DNA from: Syncephalis fuscata S228
Taxonomy: Eukaryota; Fungi; Zoopagomycota
NCBI GenBank assembly: GCA_025786725.1
Contig: JAHLTZ010000060.1
Span: 1 to 64,000 of the forward strand
Reading direction: 5' to 3'
Length of the DNA: 64,000 nt
In this document: one piece after another, positions 13,101-23,820 of the stretch
Numbering within the stretch: position 1 is the first letter of the stretch
Layout of the letters: the number at the start of each line of letters is the position of its first letter
Translations under genes and position numbers: made by a program
The notes under the pieces: model-generated
What the model was told of the DNA's origin: nothing
The model's input: the letters and a program-made list of their open reading frames with translations, nothing else
The model's database searches: none

Positions 13101-13706
13101 ACGAAACAGTCATCCGCTGGCCACTCACCATTTCAGTTACTATTCGGCCGAGAGGCGACTCAGCCATTAGAAGTAGCAGTTGGCCCTGTTTCAACGGCTC
13201 CAGTTCGGTTCCATAAGAGAGTAGAAGAATATGAGGAATACGTCACCGATCTGCAACTCCGACTCAATGATGTCAGGGAAAGAGCCAAGTTAATGATTGA
13301 AGCGGCCCAACGTCGGCAGTCGGCTAGGTATAATAAAGGAAGAAGAAAAGAACCATTTAAAGAAGGTGACTTAGTGTGGATAGAAGAACAACTACTAAAA
13401 GGTACGAAGTTGAGAAAGATGAAAGAAAGAATGAAAGGTCCTTTTAAAGTGATAGAACAAACGTCAGCTGTCAACTACAGACTCAAGGATTTGGAAACAC
13501 AAAGAATGTTTTCAGAACACGCTGATCGAATAATTCCACTTCACACACGACCTGCCCATTTATTATTACCCAACATATCAATTAACCAAATATCATTATC
13601 TAACCTTTCCACTAATTCACTTAATGTGTCAACGGGACGTTCGACACTTAGTGAGGGAGTGATGTGGCGACATATTCAGAACACGTGGTACACGGGTACC
13701 ACGTAA
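10158..13706 (+). CDS. pol: Retrotransposon Pol (protease, RT, RNase H, integrase), likely expressed by -1 frameshift
   Basis: LIDTGA protease, YLDD RT, TDAS/TDH RNase H, HHCC plus DDE integrase and GPF motif. No chromodomain seen. The frame is -1 relative to gag and open across the gag stop. Confidence 0.97.
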   Translation, partial: GKLNGTSMCKGNDVPPQVNPLSTISAINVASATTLLQDGTINGHMVSMLIDTGAERTVISSAICRNIGLVLGPFTDSFVRLADGRHANTRGHSLVDIEIASVVRKVKAIVLDTSPYPVLLGMDWLSAAGASIDCAAGKLFIDGQSIDMKLSNTPSHGIHVVAVAGKVRNGRILSKLQQHLVRRDIRPTEQVDNAVVSLALSQLPRVDLSESIRLARLNKLLLEYTDLFAVNPNNPQAATRVRHTISTGDSKPINTPPYRSAYRQREKITEAINDMLENGIIEPSRSPWSSPVVLVGKKDGGERFCVDYRKLNDATKKDSYPTTRIDDALDMLSGACWFTTLDLASGYWQIQMNEADKEKTAFVTHAGLYQFRVMPFGLCNAPATFQRLMDEVLAGLKWHSCIVYLDDIIVFGRTFDEHLQRLRTVFNRLRDAGLRLKRSKCHFGQQQIAYLGHVVNANGVKPDPDKVAAVHNFPRPTDIRGCKSFLGLASYYRRFISRFAERAEPIRRLEKKGTPFVWSDEQQTAFDDLRTTLTSDTVLAYPTLSKPFRIETDASTYGLGAVLSQQIDDGWRPIAYASRALNDAQKNYSATECECMAIVWAIEKFRPYIYGSEFTVVTDHSALRWLMSRPNPTGRLGRWALKLQEYRPTIEYRRGTANANADALSRDPLPWHELVELAEQDKVEEVMHIAENTTPLLPTEEEWVYAQQTELTTADVYAYLQQGAEYMTLMSDASRRALRKRAKRFELVTGRLKRKVMKGDVMTELLDVVPNQYRPIVLYHCHDKELAGHLGITRTYQRLRQSYWWQNMHSDVCDYVTSCTVCQKIRRIHQRSGLLQSLPVPEKPFDFIAIDLMGPFTESEHGNKYVAVCCDYTTRWIEAAAIPDATAETTVQFLMNNVIARHGMPSVLLTDGGTNFTSGLTAGIAKRLGIQRRITSARRPQTDGLVERFNHTLASMIAKFTSDFEKDWDKYLPLLLFAYRTTKQSSAGHSPFQLLFGREATQPLEVAVGPVSTAPVRFHKRVEEYEEYVTDLQLRLNDVRERAKLMIEAAQRRQSARYNKGRRKEPFKEGDLVWIEEQLLKGTKLRKMKERMKGPFKVIEQTSAVNYRLKDLETQRMFSEHADRIIPLHTRPAHLLLPNISINQISLSNLSTNSLNVSTGRSTLSEGVMWRHIQNTWYTGTT
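13650..13662 (+). promoter_or_regulatory. Polypurine tract
   Basis: AGTGAGGGAGTGA directly precedes the 3' LTR. Confidence 0.8.
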
Positions 13707-13855
13707 TCGATGTGTCAAGCCAGCTATAAAAGCTGGAATATTTACATTTATTAATAAAGTAGTTCAATCCTAAGAAAAACCTTTTATTACAAGATCCTAG
13801 TGTTTTATCTACCTTGCCGTATTACTCAGTCCCCCTTCATAATAGTAATACGACA
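13663..13855 (+). repeat. 3' LTR (193 bp)
   Basis: Identical to 8359-8551 and followed by TSD GGTAG. Confidence 0.97.
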
Positions 13856-14918
13856 GGTAGTATTGCGAATACTACAATTGTCAGTGCTATGATCATTATC
13901 GCTATTGCTGCTGTGTACATCTATCTACGTAACACGTCTTCTTATTTGACAGTTGTCTGCAACTACAACCATTAAAGAAAGAAGATAAAAAACAATCATG
14001 ATATATGGAGGAATAAGGGAGGATAGCGGTTTGTGTACACATGCATAGTGAAACCAAATATGTCTATGCTGTGGTAGCACTATTGCCTTCATTTGGTCTT
14101 GGCCTATTATTCATTACTAAACTTATACAAACTATAAGAGATAGCGCTGCCCTTATTGTTTATTACTTATCGTCGGTAACGGTCAATGAACGATGATGGA
14201 TCGTCTTTATCGTGTTGGTAGATTTGTAGGTTGGGTGGTGCAATAGATACAGGTCGGTCGAATCGGTTGGTAAAACCTGATTTGCTAGAATACTGTTGTT
14301 AGAACGCGCTAGTATTGTGGCTACACTGGTTGGTTATGGAGAGAAATAGAGAAAGGACAATCTGGGGCATACATATGAAATTGGAATGACTGTGTGACTG
14401 CGTGGATATGCACGCGTGTTCGCATGGTCCATCCAGCTACTTGTCTGCTGCACGGCATGGCCAAGGACAGCGTGTGCTGCTTGTTGCATGCTAGACAATA
14501 CATACTGTCTGTCTGCCTGTCACTCTCTATTGCTCTTGCCAACAAGCGCAGCGCCCCTTACTGCTACGGCCCAACTCCTTTTCTTTCAACTTAATCTCTG
14601 CAGTCATCATTATAGTATTCGTAATTCCTCCACTCGTTAATTACCAGGCATATAGTCTGCTATTTTTATTAAGCTTTAATCCTACCTAATATCCATACTT
14701 TTTGTTTCGCCGACCATAACCTGCAGGCCATAGCTACCTGTCTTTGTACTGCTCCCTTTGGTGTACAACGTTGCTAGATTGGTCTACGTTTATATATTAC
14801 GCTTTTGTAGTTCTTTGTTTAATTCGTGTTCTTTGACTTGTATTCGTGCTATCGGTGATTGTAGTGTTAGTTCTGACGCGTATTTCATATCATAGTCTTT
14901 TTTCCACTTTATATCACC

Positions 14919-16044
14919 ATGTCTGCTATCCAAGACAAGTCTACCACTGTAGTGGCCCCCGAACAGTTGCCACCATCGTCCAGCACTGGTGGTCGCAAGA
15001 AGAAGAGCAAGAGCGGTGCCGCCAAGCGCAAGAGAAAGCAGCAGCGTGCCGCTGAAGAAGCCGCTGCTGCTAAGGCCACAGCTCTTGCGGCTACCAACAT
15101 GTTTGTACACGCTGCCTCTGATGCTTCAGGTAGCGAGACTGAAGGTGCATCGACGCCCAAACATGAGATTGACACTGAGAAGCGTCAGCTTGCTGAAGCA
15201 TTGTTGAACGAATCAGCATCTGTTTCGTTGAGCAAGTCTGGTAGTTCCGGTGGCCAATCCACCGCATCAAACACCGATGTTGCCTCTGAGGATGACAAGG
15301 TGGTTGAGAAGGTGAAGAAGGCCGATAAGGCCGAGGAAAAGATTGAAGAGGAAGTCAAGGAAACTGAGGCAGAGCCTGAAGTAACCAACACTGAAGGTAG
15401 TTAGCATTATTTAATAATTAATAGCGTATTTAACTAATAATAATACTTTTATAGAACCAGCTGCAGTGGAAACGACCGAATCAGCTGATGTTAAGCCAGC
15501 TGAAGTTACTCCATTGGAGGAAGTAGTGGCTGCTGAGCCAGTTGAAGCTGCCTCCAAATCAGTAGAGGCTGAAGCTGTTGTCGTTGCTGATGAGCCCATT
15601 ACTGAAACAGCTGCTCTTGTTGAAGAAAAGGAGCCAGTTGTTGAAGCAGCAGGCAAAGATGATGACGCTGCTGTTGTTGCGGAGGAAGCTAAGCCTGTTG
15701 AACAAGAGGCTGTAGAGGAGGAGAAGAAAGTAGAGGCAGTTGTAGTTGAAGATGAAGTTAAGCCAGAAGTAACTGAGGAAGTCAAGGCGGCTGAACTAGT
15801 TAAAGAAGAAGTGGAAGAGACACGGGCTGAAGAGCCAACACCTGGTGTATCAACACGTAGCGTTGAAAGTGGTGCAGTTCTTGTTACTAAAGTACCAGTA
15901 TCCAAATCAAGCAACAAGACAGCACCATCATCCAAGACACGTTCTGTGCAGCCATCGATCGTTTCTGACACAACAGTTGATACGGCAACACCCAAGAAGA
16001 AGAAGAGCATTTGGAAGAAGATCAAAAAGATCCTTAAAAAGTAA
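14919..16044 (+). CDS. Low-complexity acidic (E/A/V/K-rich) disordered protein with basic termini
   Basis: Two ORFs joined in frame by a GT-AG intron at 15397-15454. Basic N-terminal patch and amphipathic C-terminal KKKKSIWKKIKKILKK. Confidence 0.8.
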
Positions 16045-16133
16045 AGCAATTAAGGATATGACAGGCATTACAGTGTCTGTCGCCACAGCACCCTTTTGAA
16101 TTGTGTTGGCAAGTGTAACGATCATGTTATATT

Positions 16134-16152
16134 TACACACACACACACACAC
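16134..16152. repeat. (CA)n microsatellite
   Basis: ACACACAC run in the 3' region of the preceding gene. Confidence 0.8.
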
Positions 16153-17557
16153 AACGCTACGCAATCCGATCAAGTACATACACTGATATCTTATTATAGA
16201 TGACGTGTAATCACCGACAACGAATGCGTATTTGTGTATCGCCGTTTCTGCGTGTATAATTGGTGTTGTTTTTGTTTTCTTCGTTTTTAGTGCGCTGATT
16301 TACCTTATGCTTCGTTTCGTATTATTTCATCGAGATGTGCCTCTTTCTATTTTCATTCTTCCTATGCACACCGACAACAACATGCATGCTGCACACATTA
16401 TATATATATTTTATATAACCATTTATAATTTGTTGGCGCCTTTTTGTGACATTTCTGCAACTCATTTGATATTCAGCTACAATCTATCAACACGAGTTGA
16501 CCATTGAACCTATTCAATTAACCAACCAACCACTATTAGTACTAACCACAGCTATATTATGATACTTGGGAATGATGCTACAATATTAATCGTTTTTATT
16601 AACTATTAGCAAACAGTTTGTTTTTTTCTGTTATTCCACTAATATCATACAATCATAAATAAATCTATCATTGAAAAATACTAATACTATTAATACTAGG
16701 GAGCTATTTTACTTTGAATTCCTATCCTTCGGTTTAAGGATAAAAATATCCATAATTTGAATAGTAAATCGTCGATCAGTTTTACTACTGAGAAGTGCTA
16801 TTTGTTAAAGCAATGTCACATCAACTTTGATTGAATCAATCAATATTCGATATTAGTGTTAATAAATATTATAGTATTTCATGTCACTTACAATAAAATA
16901 TAATAGATAGATAAATGTTAATCCATGTTATTATTGCTGTAAAGTATTCAAAGCATTATAATTTAGTGATTTAATATAACTCACCACCCAGTTACATGTT
17001 TAGTAGAACAACAAATGTGTAGTTCAATCAAGTAAAGGATGTCAGCTTTGATCTTTTGACACTAAATTACATGAGTCTACTAATAACTTAATACATGGAA
17101 GTTATTATACGTTGCCTTTTACATTTTTATTTACTCGTTTCACTCTTATTTTTCTATTGCTATCTTATTGTTCTATTTAGTGCTATATTATACAATAATA
17201 CCGAATATAACAATATAAATAGCATACGTATTTGAACATCAATAAATAACATGATTCAATCCCTAGACTTTATTTCTTTTACTTTACATCAACACCTGTT
17301 CAAGTAACCTCAACGGCATGCCGTATCTTCTGGCTACAACTGCCGCCACAAGATCTTCCTGATAAAGAAACTCAACCTATCATTATTGCATATGATAAAG
17401 GCCATTTGCTTCATCAATGGCTGGCAAATAAACTGCGCCTACCAAGTTGATATTAAGAATGCCTAAGAGAATGGTGAACATCAGAAATGCTAGTCGTCCT
17501 ACCTTCTTGTGACCATAGACAAGTATTTTACATAGTAAATACGCCCAAAATGCAACA

Positions 17558-17716
17558 ATGGAAAATTAGAAAATAGAATAGACCACTCAGATACAAGAAC
17601 CCACACTGTACGTAGTAACAACAATAACAACTGCGGAGCGATATGAAATTGCGGTCAATGGCTTTTATTAATACTCAATCAATCTTTCTACACATAGCCA
17701 ACAACAATAATAATCA
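17558..17716 (+). repeat. Dispersed ~160-bp repeat, copy 1
   Basis: Shares a 42-bp identical core (17589-17630 = 21680-21721) and similar flanks with 21651-21808. A weaker copy lies near 38421-38525. Confidence 0.85.
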
Positions 17717-19442
17717 GCCTTATGAATTGCAAAGTAGTTAAATGAATATTGTAGCTATGTTTGTTGTGAATAATAGCATGACTTCAATTGAAACAAATTT
17801 TGCTTTGAAAACTCAAAATATGAGAGTCAAAGTAGAATTGGGAAATTTTGAAAAGCTAAAAATTCTTGATAAGAAAAAAAAGTTAATTACAATAAATGCA
17901 ACAAATTCTATTTTAAACTTTGTTTATTTACATAATCTAATTAATGTAGCAATATTAACGGCAATGCCAATAGTGTTTTATTTGCCAAAATACTTCCAAC
18001 AACTTACTTGTGGTAAATGTGGCTAACAAATACAATACAAAAATATGCTCTGTAAGAATTAGTATTAATAATATTGAGCTGGTAGTTAATGTTAAAACAA
18101 ATGTTTATATTGAATAAATACAAACTACTAATGAAACAACTATCAAAGTAAATAAAGTGTAATGCAAACAAAATAATTTAATTAATAATTTTTTTAAAAT
18201 ATAAAATTGACCAACAGATAAAATTATACTTGTTTGTTTAAAGCGTTTCAGATATCAGATTTAGCAAGTAAACAATTTCGAATTACATAAAAGTATTACT
18301 GTCTTAATTAACTTGAGCTAATTAGTTGATGTATCAAGCAAAAGTGGAGATATGCAAAATAAAACTGTCAATATGGCATTTATCATTGATAAACTAAAAC
18401 AATTTACTTGAACATTTATTCTTAAACGCCACAATAGTCGCTTCAATATTCTAATTTAAAAAAGTCATGGAACATGGCAAAAGAAGCTTAAGAGGGTGTT
18501 GTGGTGGATTACTTAAATTACTTGATTTGTATTAAATCTTATGGTAATTTTATTAACTAAATAAAGATAACCTTTTTTCATAATATTAAGCACAATATTG
18601 GTTGTTTAATGTAATTTAACTATTAAATAACTATAATAGCCTCACATTTAAACTAAATATCCGCTTTAGTGAAAATGAAACTGAGTGGTGAGTGTCATTG
18701 GTGATAAAATATATATTTACCATTATTATTGCACTGTAGATATCTATCCTGTATACATATACTATATATCCGCGTATACCACTAATATTGTAAATTGTAA
18801 AAGCTATATTAACAAAGGCTAAAAGTTTACTGCCAGCTGGATTCTTTAATAGATTTTGATTTATTTTGTTCATTACTTTTAGTAAATTGCATTAGTATAG
18901 TTTTGCTATTACTATTCATGTATTTGTTCTGTCTATTTATTTTATTTTATAGTATTCTATGCTTTATTGCCATGTTTTATTAAAAAAGCTTATTTATTCT
19001 AATTTCAGCACAATGTTATGTAGCTATATGATAATAATAGCTTTGCTACTATCCATACCAATATATGTCTATAGCTTAGACAATATAATTATACACATTT
19101 TGTTAATTTAACTATTTGATTAATAGTTATTAAGCATTGAATGCAAATAGAACATGGTTATAAATATAGCAATTCGATTGTATATAGTTAAGATGAAACC
19201 ATAAGTTTATAGTAATAAACTTGCACAGTTGAATAGAGGCAACTAGATGCAAACATGTTGGTAACATAATGATTCCATTGATTAAAGACTGGATAAACCG
19301 GAGCATTGGCCAAAACTTGATATATAGATAGACTGGACGGCGTAGTTGTCAAATAGTCTTGCTTTGCACCGAATATATACCTAAAGTGTATTGGACTAGT
19401 AGTTCAATTGCGCTACCGATGCTGATGTCTTGAAACCATCGA

Positions 19443-20417
19443 TTATACTGTATTTACAAATAAAAATATTATATGCCATATAATTAGTGTATAAGGCATC
19501 AATATTAATATTAAATAATCGGTACAATCAGTAAATGGCATAGTTAATATATGGTCAGTCGACGTATAATATAACTTACCGCCTATTAATATTAAGTTAT
19601 TTATATGCATAATACATGACATAATTAGTGCATAGTTAGTTAACATACAACACAACTTACAGTCTATTAATATTGTTATTTATACACATAATACATGGTA
19701 CATAATTAGTGCATAATCAGTTGATATATAATATAACTTACCCCCTATTAATAATAAGTTATTTATATGCATAGTACATGACATAGTTAGTACATAGTTA
19801 GTTAACATACAACACAACTTACACCCTATTAATATCAAGTTGTTTATACGCATAATACGTGGTACATAATTAGTGCATAATCAGTTGATATATAATATAA
19901 CTTACAATCTATTAAGTTATTTATACGCATAATACATGGTGCATAGTCAGTGCATAATTAGTCAATATATAATACAACTTACATTCTATTAATATTAAAT
20001 TATTTATACGCATAATACATGGTACATAATTAGTGTATAATCAGTCAATATATAATATAACTTACTGCCTATTAATATTAAGTTGTTTATACGCATAATA
20101 CGTGGTACATAATTAGTACATGATCAGTCAATAATAGTATAACTTACAACCTATTAGTATTAAGTTATTTATGCGCGTAATAAACGGTACATAATTAGTG
20201 CATAGTCAGTCAATATACAATACAACTTACTCCCTATTAATATTAAGTTAGAAATACTGTTAGTAAGCATGATAATATAATATATCTATTGTCATCGAAA
20301 CATACGACGAACCAAAGTTGATTTATCATCTACCATAGCTGGTTTAGCATCTACTATGGTTGTAGCGGCTATCAAAGCCACAAGGACGATGCAAATAACG
20401 GCAATGGAAAGCTTCAT
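19443..20417 (-). CDS. Micro-exon gene encoding a 47-aa secreted peptide precursor (signal peptide, propeptide, RR, SCKYWWDCV)
   Basis: Exon 1 is 20417-20306 (MKLSIAVICIVLVALIAATTIVDAKPAMVDDKSTLVR plus 1 nt). Nine 3-nt exons lie at 20231-33, 20148-50, 20066-68, 19983-85, 19906-08, 19823-25, 19742-44, 19661-63 and 19580-82, each flanked by TAATAG and GTAAGTT. The last exon starts at 19447 (TA TAA). The joined sequence is CGG AGT TGC AAA TAT TGG TGG GAC TGC GTA TAA. Confidence 0.8.
19560..20250. repeat. Tandem array of about 8.5 units of 77-83 bp (intron plus 3-nt exon)
   Basis: AACTTAC recurs at 19573, 19654, 19735, 19816, 19899, 19976, 20059, 20141 and 20224, each followed by a variable triplet and CTATTA. 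Confidence 0.95.
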
Positions 20418-21650
20418 GGTAATATTGATTTGTTGAGACAAACGAATAAAAAAGATAGTAGAGTGTGATTGGTATAAAGTGTATAGTGGTGCGTGTTTAG
20501 CAAGGAGTAGAGTGTGATGATGATATCGCAGTTGGTTGTGTATATTTTGTGGGCTATTTAAACTTATGGCTATGTAGAGATACTAGTATACTGTAATATA
20601 TGAGGTATATTTTTGGTGTATAATATGAACCAATAAAGCAATCCAGGTGATGGTCTGAAATGCGCATGCACCAATAGATTCATGGCGTGACAGCATGCTT
20701 TCCAGCTTTGATTTTGACCTGCTCGGCATTTACACAAATGACGTAACAATGTTTATAATCCAGTACATATGCGATAGAGATAGATATACTAGCCTGTATT
20801 TTTGTCGCATGGTTTAACTATTTGCTAAAAACAAGTACATTATTTGGTTTTGTAAAAATTATAATGATGTCTTTGCTGCTGCTTCCACTGAATGACTCGA
20901 CCCCAATGTCTACATGCATACAAAATAGCACACAACACTGATGCAAAAACAAGTTTAATATATGAAACTAGTATTTTTTTTATATAGCTCTTTACTTCTA
21001 TACATAAGCTAATTATAATTTTTAAATTATAAAGCGTGTTGATTGGTACATGTGTGCATTTCATTCGACACTATGCTCATTGTTATGGGATAGCAATTGT
21101 TTTGAATTCACAAATGCATCATGCCACCTAGACATATTGTGCTACATGTCGTGCAACTACTATCATCCAAATGGCGGTTAATTCAAATTATCTAAAATTG
21201 ACTATACAATAAGTACTATTTGTAGGGTGATGCATCACAGCATTTTGAGCAATGGAACACTCCAACATGTCATTTTCGTCGTCAGTTTTCAGTTGTAAAC
21301 TAGATTGCATCGGATAAATTACACGCAATGCAATATGTAGACACTAGATTAGACACAGTAAAAAGCTCTAACCAATTACCAACAAGCTCGAGTGCATAAT
21401 GTTAATGGATTGCATATAAACCGGTAATCATCCAAGGCCTAACTGCTGCTTATATTTCTGAAACTTAATTCTGGCAAGTCAAGCAAGATGGAATATAGAA
21501 GAACAAGCCAAAGCAGAAACCAATGAAAAAAACAATCAGCAGCTCAAAGGCTTACTGGTTTAACCTATAGCAAATCATTACAGTTATGCTATGCTGAACT
21601 GCGTTTATCAAAAGTCGACTGTTGCTGATGCGACCAGAACGGTAGCAATG

Positions 21651-21808
21651 ATGGAATATTGGAGAATAGAATACCATTTAGATACAAGAACCCACACTGT
21701 ACGTAGTAACAACAATAACAATTGCGGAATGGCATGTAATTACAATCATATGGCTTTTATTAATATTTGATTAATTTTTCTACATATAGCCAACAACGGC
21801 AATGATCA
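21651..21808 (+). repeat. Dispersed ~160-bp repeat, copy 2
   Basis: Direct-orientation match to 17558-17716. Confidence 0.85.
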
Positions 21809-22104
21809 ATCTCAAATATTTCAAAGAAATCAAGTAGAATGTTACATTGTTTAAATATTTAATATTATTACCGATACAATGTTCAGTTACATTTAATCAA
21901 TTTTATGGAAATAATAATGGACAATAATATTACATTAGTATTTATTGTGAATGATCATTTAAACACAAATTAATTTAATCAATTCGTCAATTATTTAAAT
22001 CATTATTTCTATTTCATATTGATTGTTTGGCTTGTTTATTATTATTGTTGTTGTGTTGCTGTTGCTGTTGCAACTATTGTTTATCTATAATCTCTAATGC
22101 AACT

Positions 22105-23820
22105 ATGGAGGAAGGCGAACTAGACTTAGACGCTAAACTTGCCGCTTCTAAAAACAACGGGCAGCCTAGTCATCGCGAAAATCTTGTACATTCTAGTACA
22201 AGCGAGTCAATCGCGTCAGGAGAACAGCAAACAGCACTAGGCCGGTCTAAATGGGAGTCTGATCACGAGTATAGCGATGACAATGAGAATAATACAACAC
22301 TTAGAAAGCGAAAGCCGGCAAAAACCGAACGTAAACGATTAAAACGACGAAAAGAAACTGTAACAATGGCAGAAGAAGAAAAGACGATTGATACAATGGA
22401 AGTAACATCTAAAGCACACCAAGAACCGCTCAATCAATCATCTGATATGGCGACAGCAGCAATGCATCAGCTATCGGTAAAAGAAGTATGGAAGCCACGA
22501 CCACAGCCACAGCCACCGACCATTCGACGATGTGGATCGGTCGATCGATATGAACGACTGAATCGTATTGATGAAGGCTCTTATGGCGTTGTTTATCGGG
22601 CACGTGATCGTGAAACCGGCGAAATAGTTGCGCTAAAACGACTCAAATGCGAGCATCAAGATCGAGTAGGCTTTCCAGTTACTGATCTACGTGAAATTCA
22701 TACACTTTTATGGGTCAAACATGAGAATATTGTCAATGTACGGGAGATTGTTGTAGGGAGTGGTACACCACCAAAGTAAGTGTAAACAATAACTATAGTA
22801 ATAATAATAATAATAATAGCTGGATCATTAATACACTAATGATTAGAGTATTTATTGTGATGGATTTCCTTGAACATGACCTAAAGACGTTAATGACGGG
22901 TATGCGCTCGCCATTCATGCAGTCGGAGGTAAAAACTCTTATGTTACAGCTATTGTCGGCTGTGAGTACACTGCATCGTAATTGGATTATTCATCGTGAT
23001 TTAAAAACAAGTAATTTGTTGATGAATAATCGCGGTCGTGTTAAAGTAGCCGATTTTGGTTTGGCGCGTAAATTTGGTAGTCCACTTAATGCAATGACCA
23101 TCCCTGTTGTGACACTATGGTATCGGTAAGCCGTATGCATAACAGGTGCCTTAATAGCAACGCTAACGTAGTGACGATAAATGACCAATATTAGTGCGCC
23201 AGAACTGCTCTTAGGCGCTAAGGAGTATACGACGGCGGTTGATATGTGGTCAATTGGTTGTATATTCGGAGAAATGCTACTTAATGAACCGATGATACCA
23301 GGTCGTGGTGAGATAGATCAGTTGAATAAGGTAAAAAATAGGAATTAAATACATAATGGATATTAATAGATCTACAGATATTTCAATTACTTGGGACACC
23401 CAATGAAGAATTTGGCCCGGATTAAATCAATTACCAAGTGCCAAAAGTATTAATTTTGTAGAGCAGCCGTAAGTAGTATTGATAACAAAATAAATGGATA
23501 ATTAATCGGTATGGATAGATATAATATGCTTCGATCCAAATTTAAATACGTTACAGCAAACGGAATAGATTTGCTGGGACAGTTTCTTACTTATGATCCG
23601 GAGAAGCGGATTACGGCAGAGAAAGCATTACAGCATCCGTATTTTAGGTAAGTGTTGGGCTATGATGAATCTTAGATGATTAATGAATACAATGAACAGC
23701 GAGAATCCACCGCCACAGCACCCGGATCTCTTTCCTAGCTGGCCATCAAAAGCGTCTAAAGAACGAGCCGGTGCTATGGTATCACCTGTACTTATTGTTC
23801 CCGAAGCAAATATGGAATAA
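22105..23820 (+). CDS. CDK11: CDK11/PITSLRE-family cyclin-dependent kinase
   Basis: [47 protein letters not shown]|APE and C-terminal FPSWPSK, across multiple GT-AG introns. One 1-nt frameshift near 23410. Confidence 0.88.

Larger units (their letters stand above)
8359..13855 (+). mobile_element. Full-length Ty3/Gypsy LTR retrotransposon
   Basis: TG...CA LTRs at 8359-8551 and 13663-13855, 5-bp TSD GGTAG (8354-8358 and 13856-13860), PBS, PPT, and uninterrupted gag and pol with PR-RT-RH-IN order. Confidence 0.98.

Noticed and set aside
15411-16049. 212-aa antisense ORF
   Set aside because: Mirror of the low-complexity Glu/Ala-rich exon on the + strand.
19560-20250. CRISPR array or plain satellite
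   Set aside because: Eukaryotic context, no cas genes, and variable parts only 3 nt. Exact splice signals and the sensible spliced product explain the array better.
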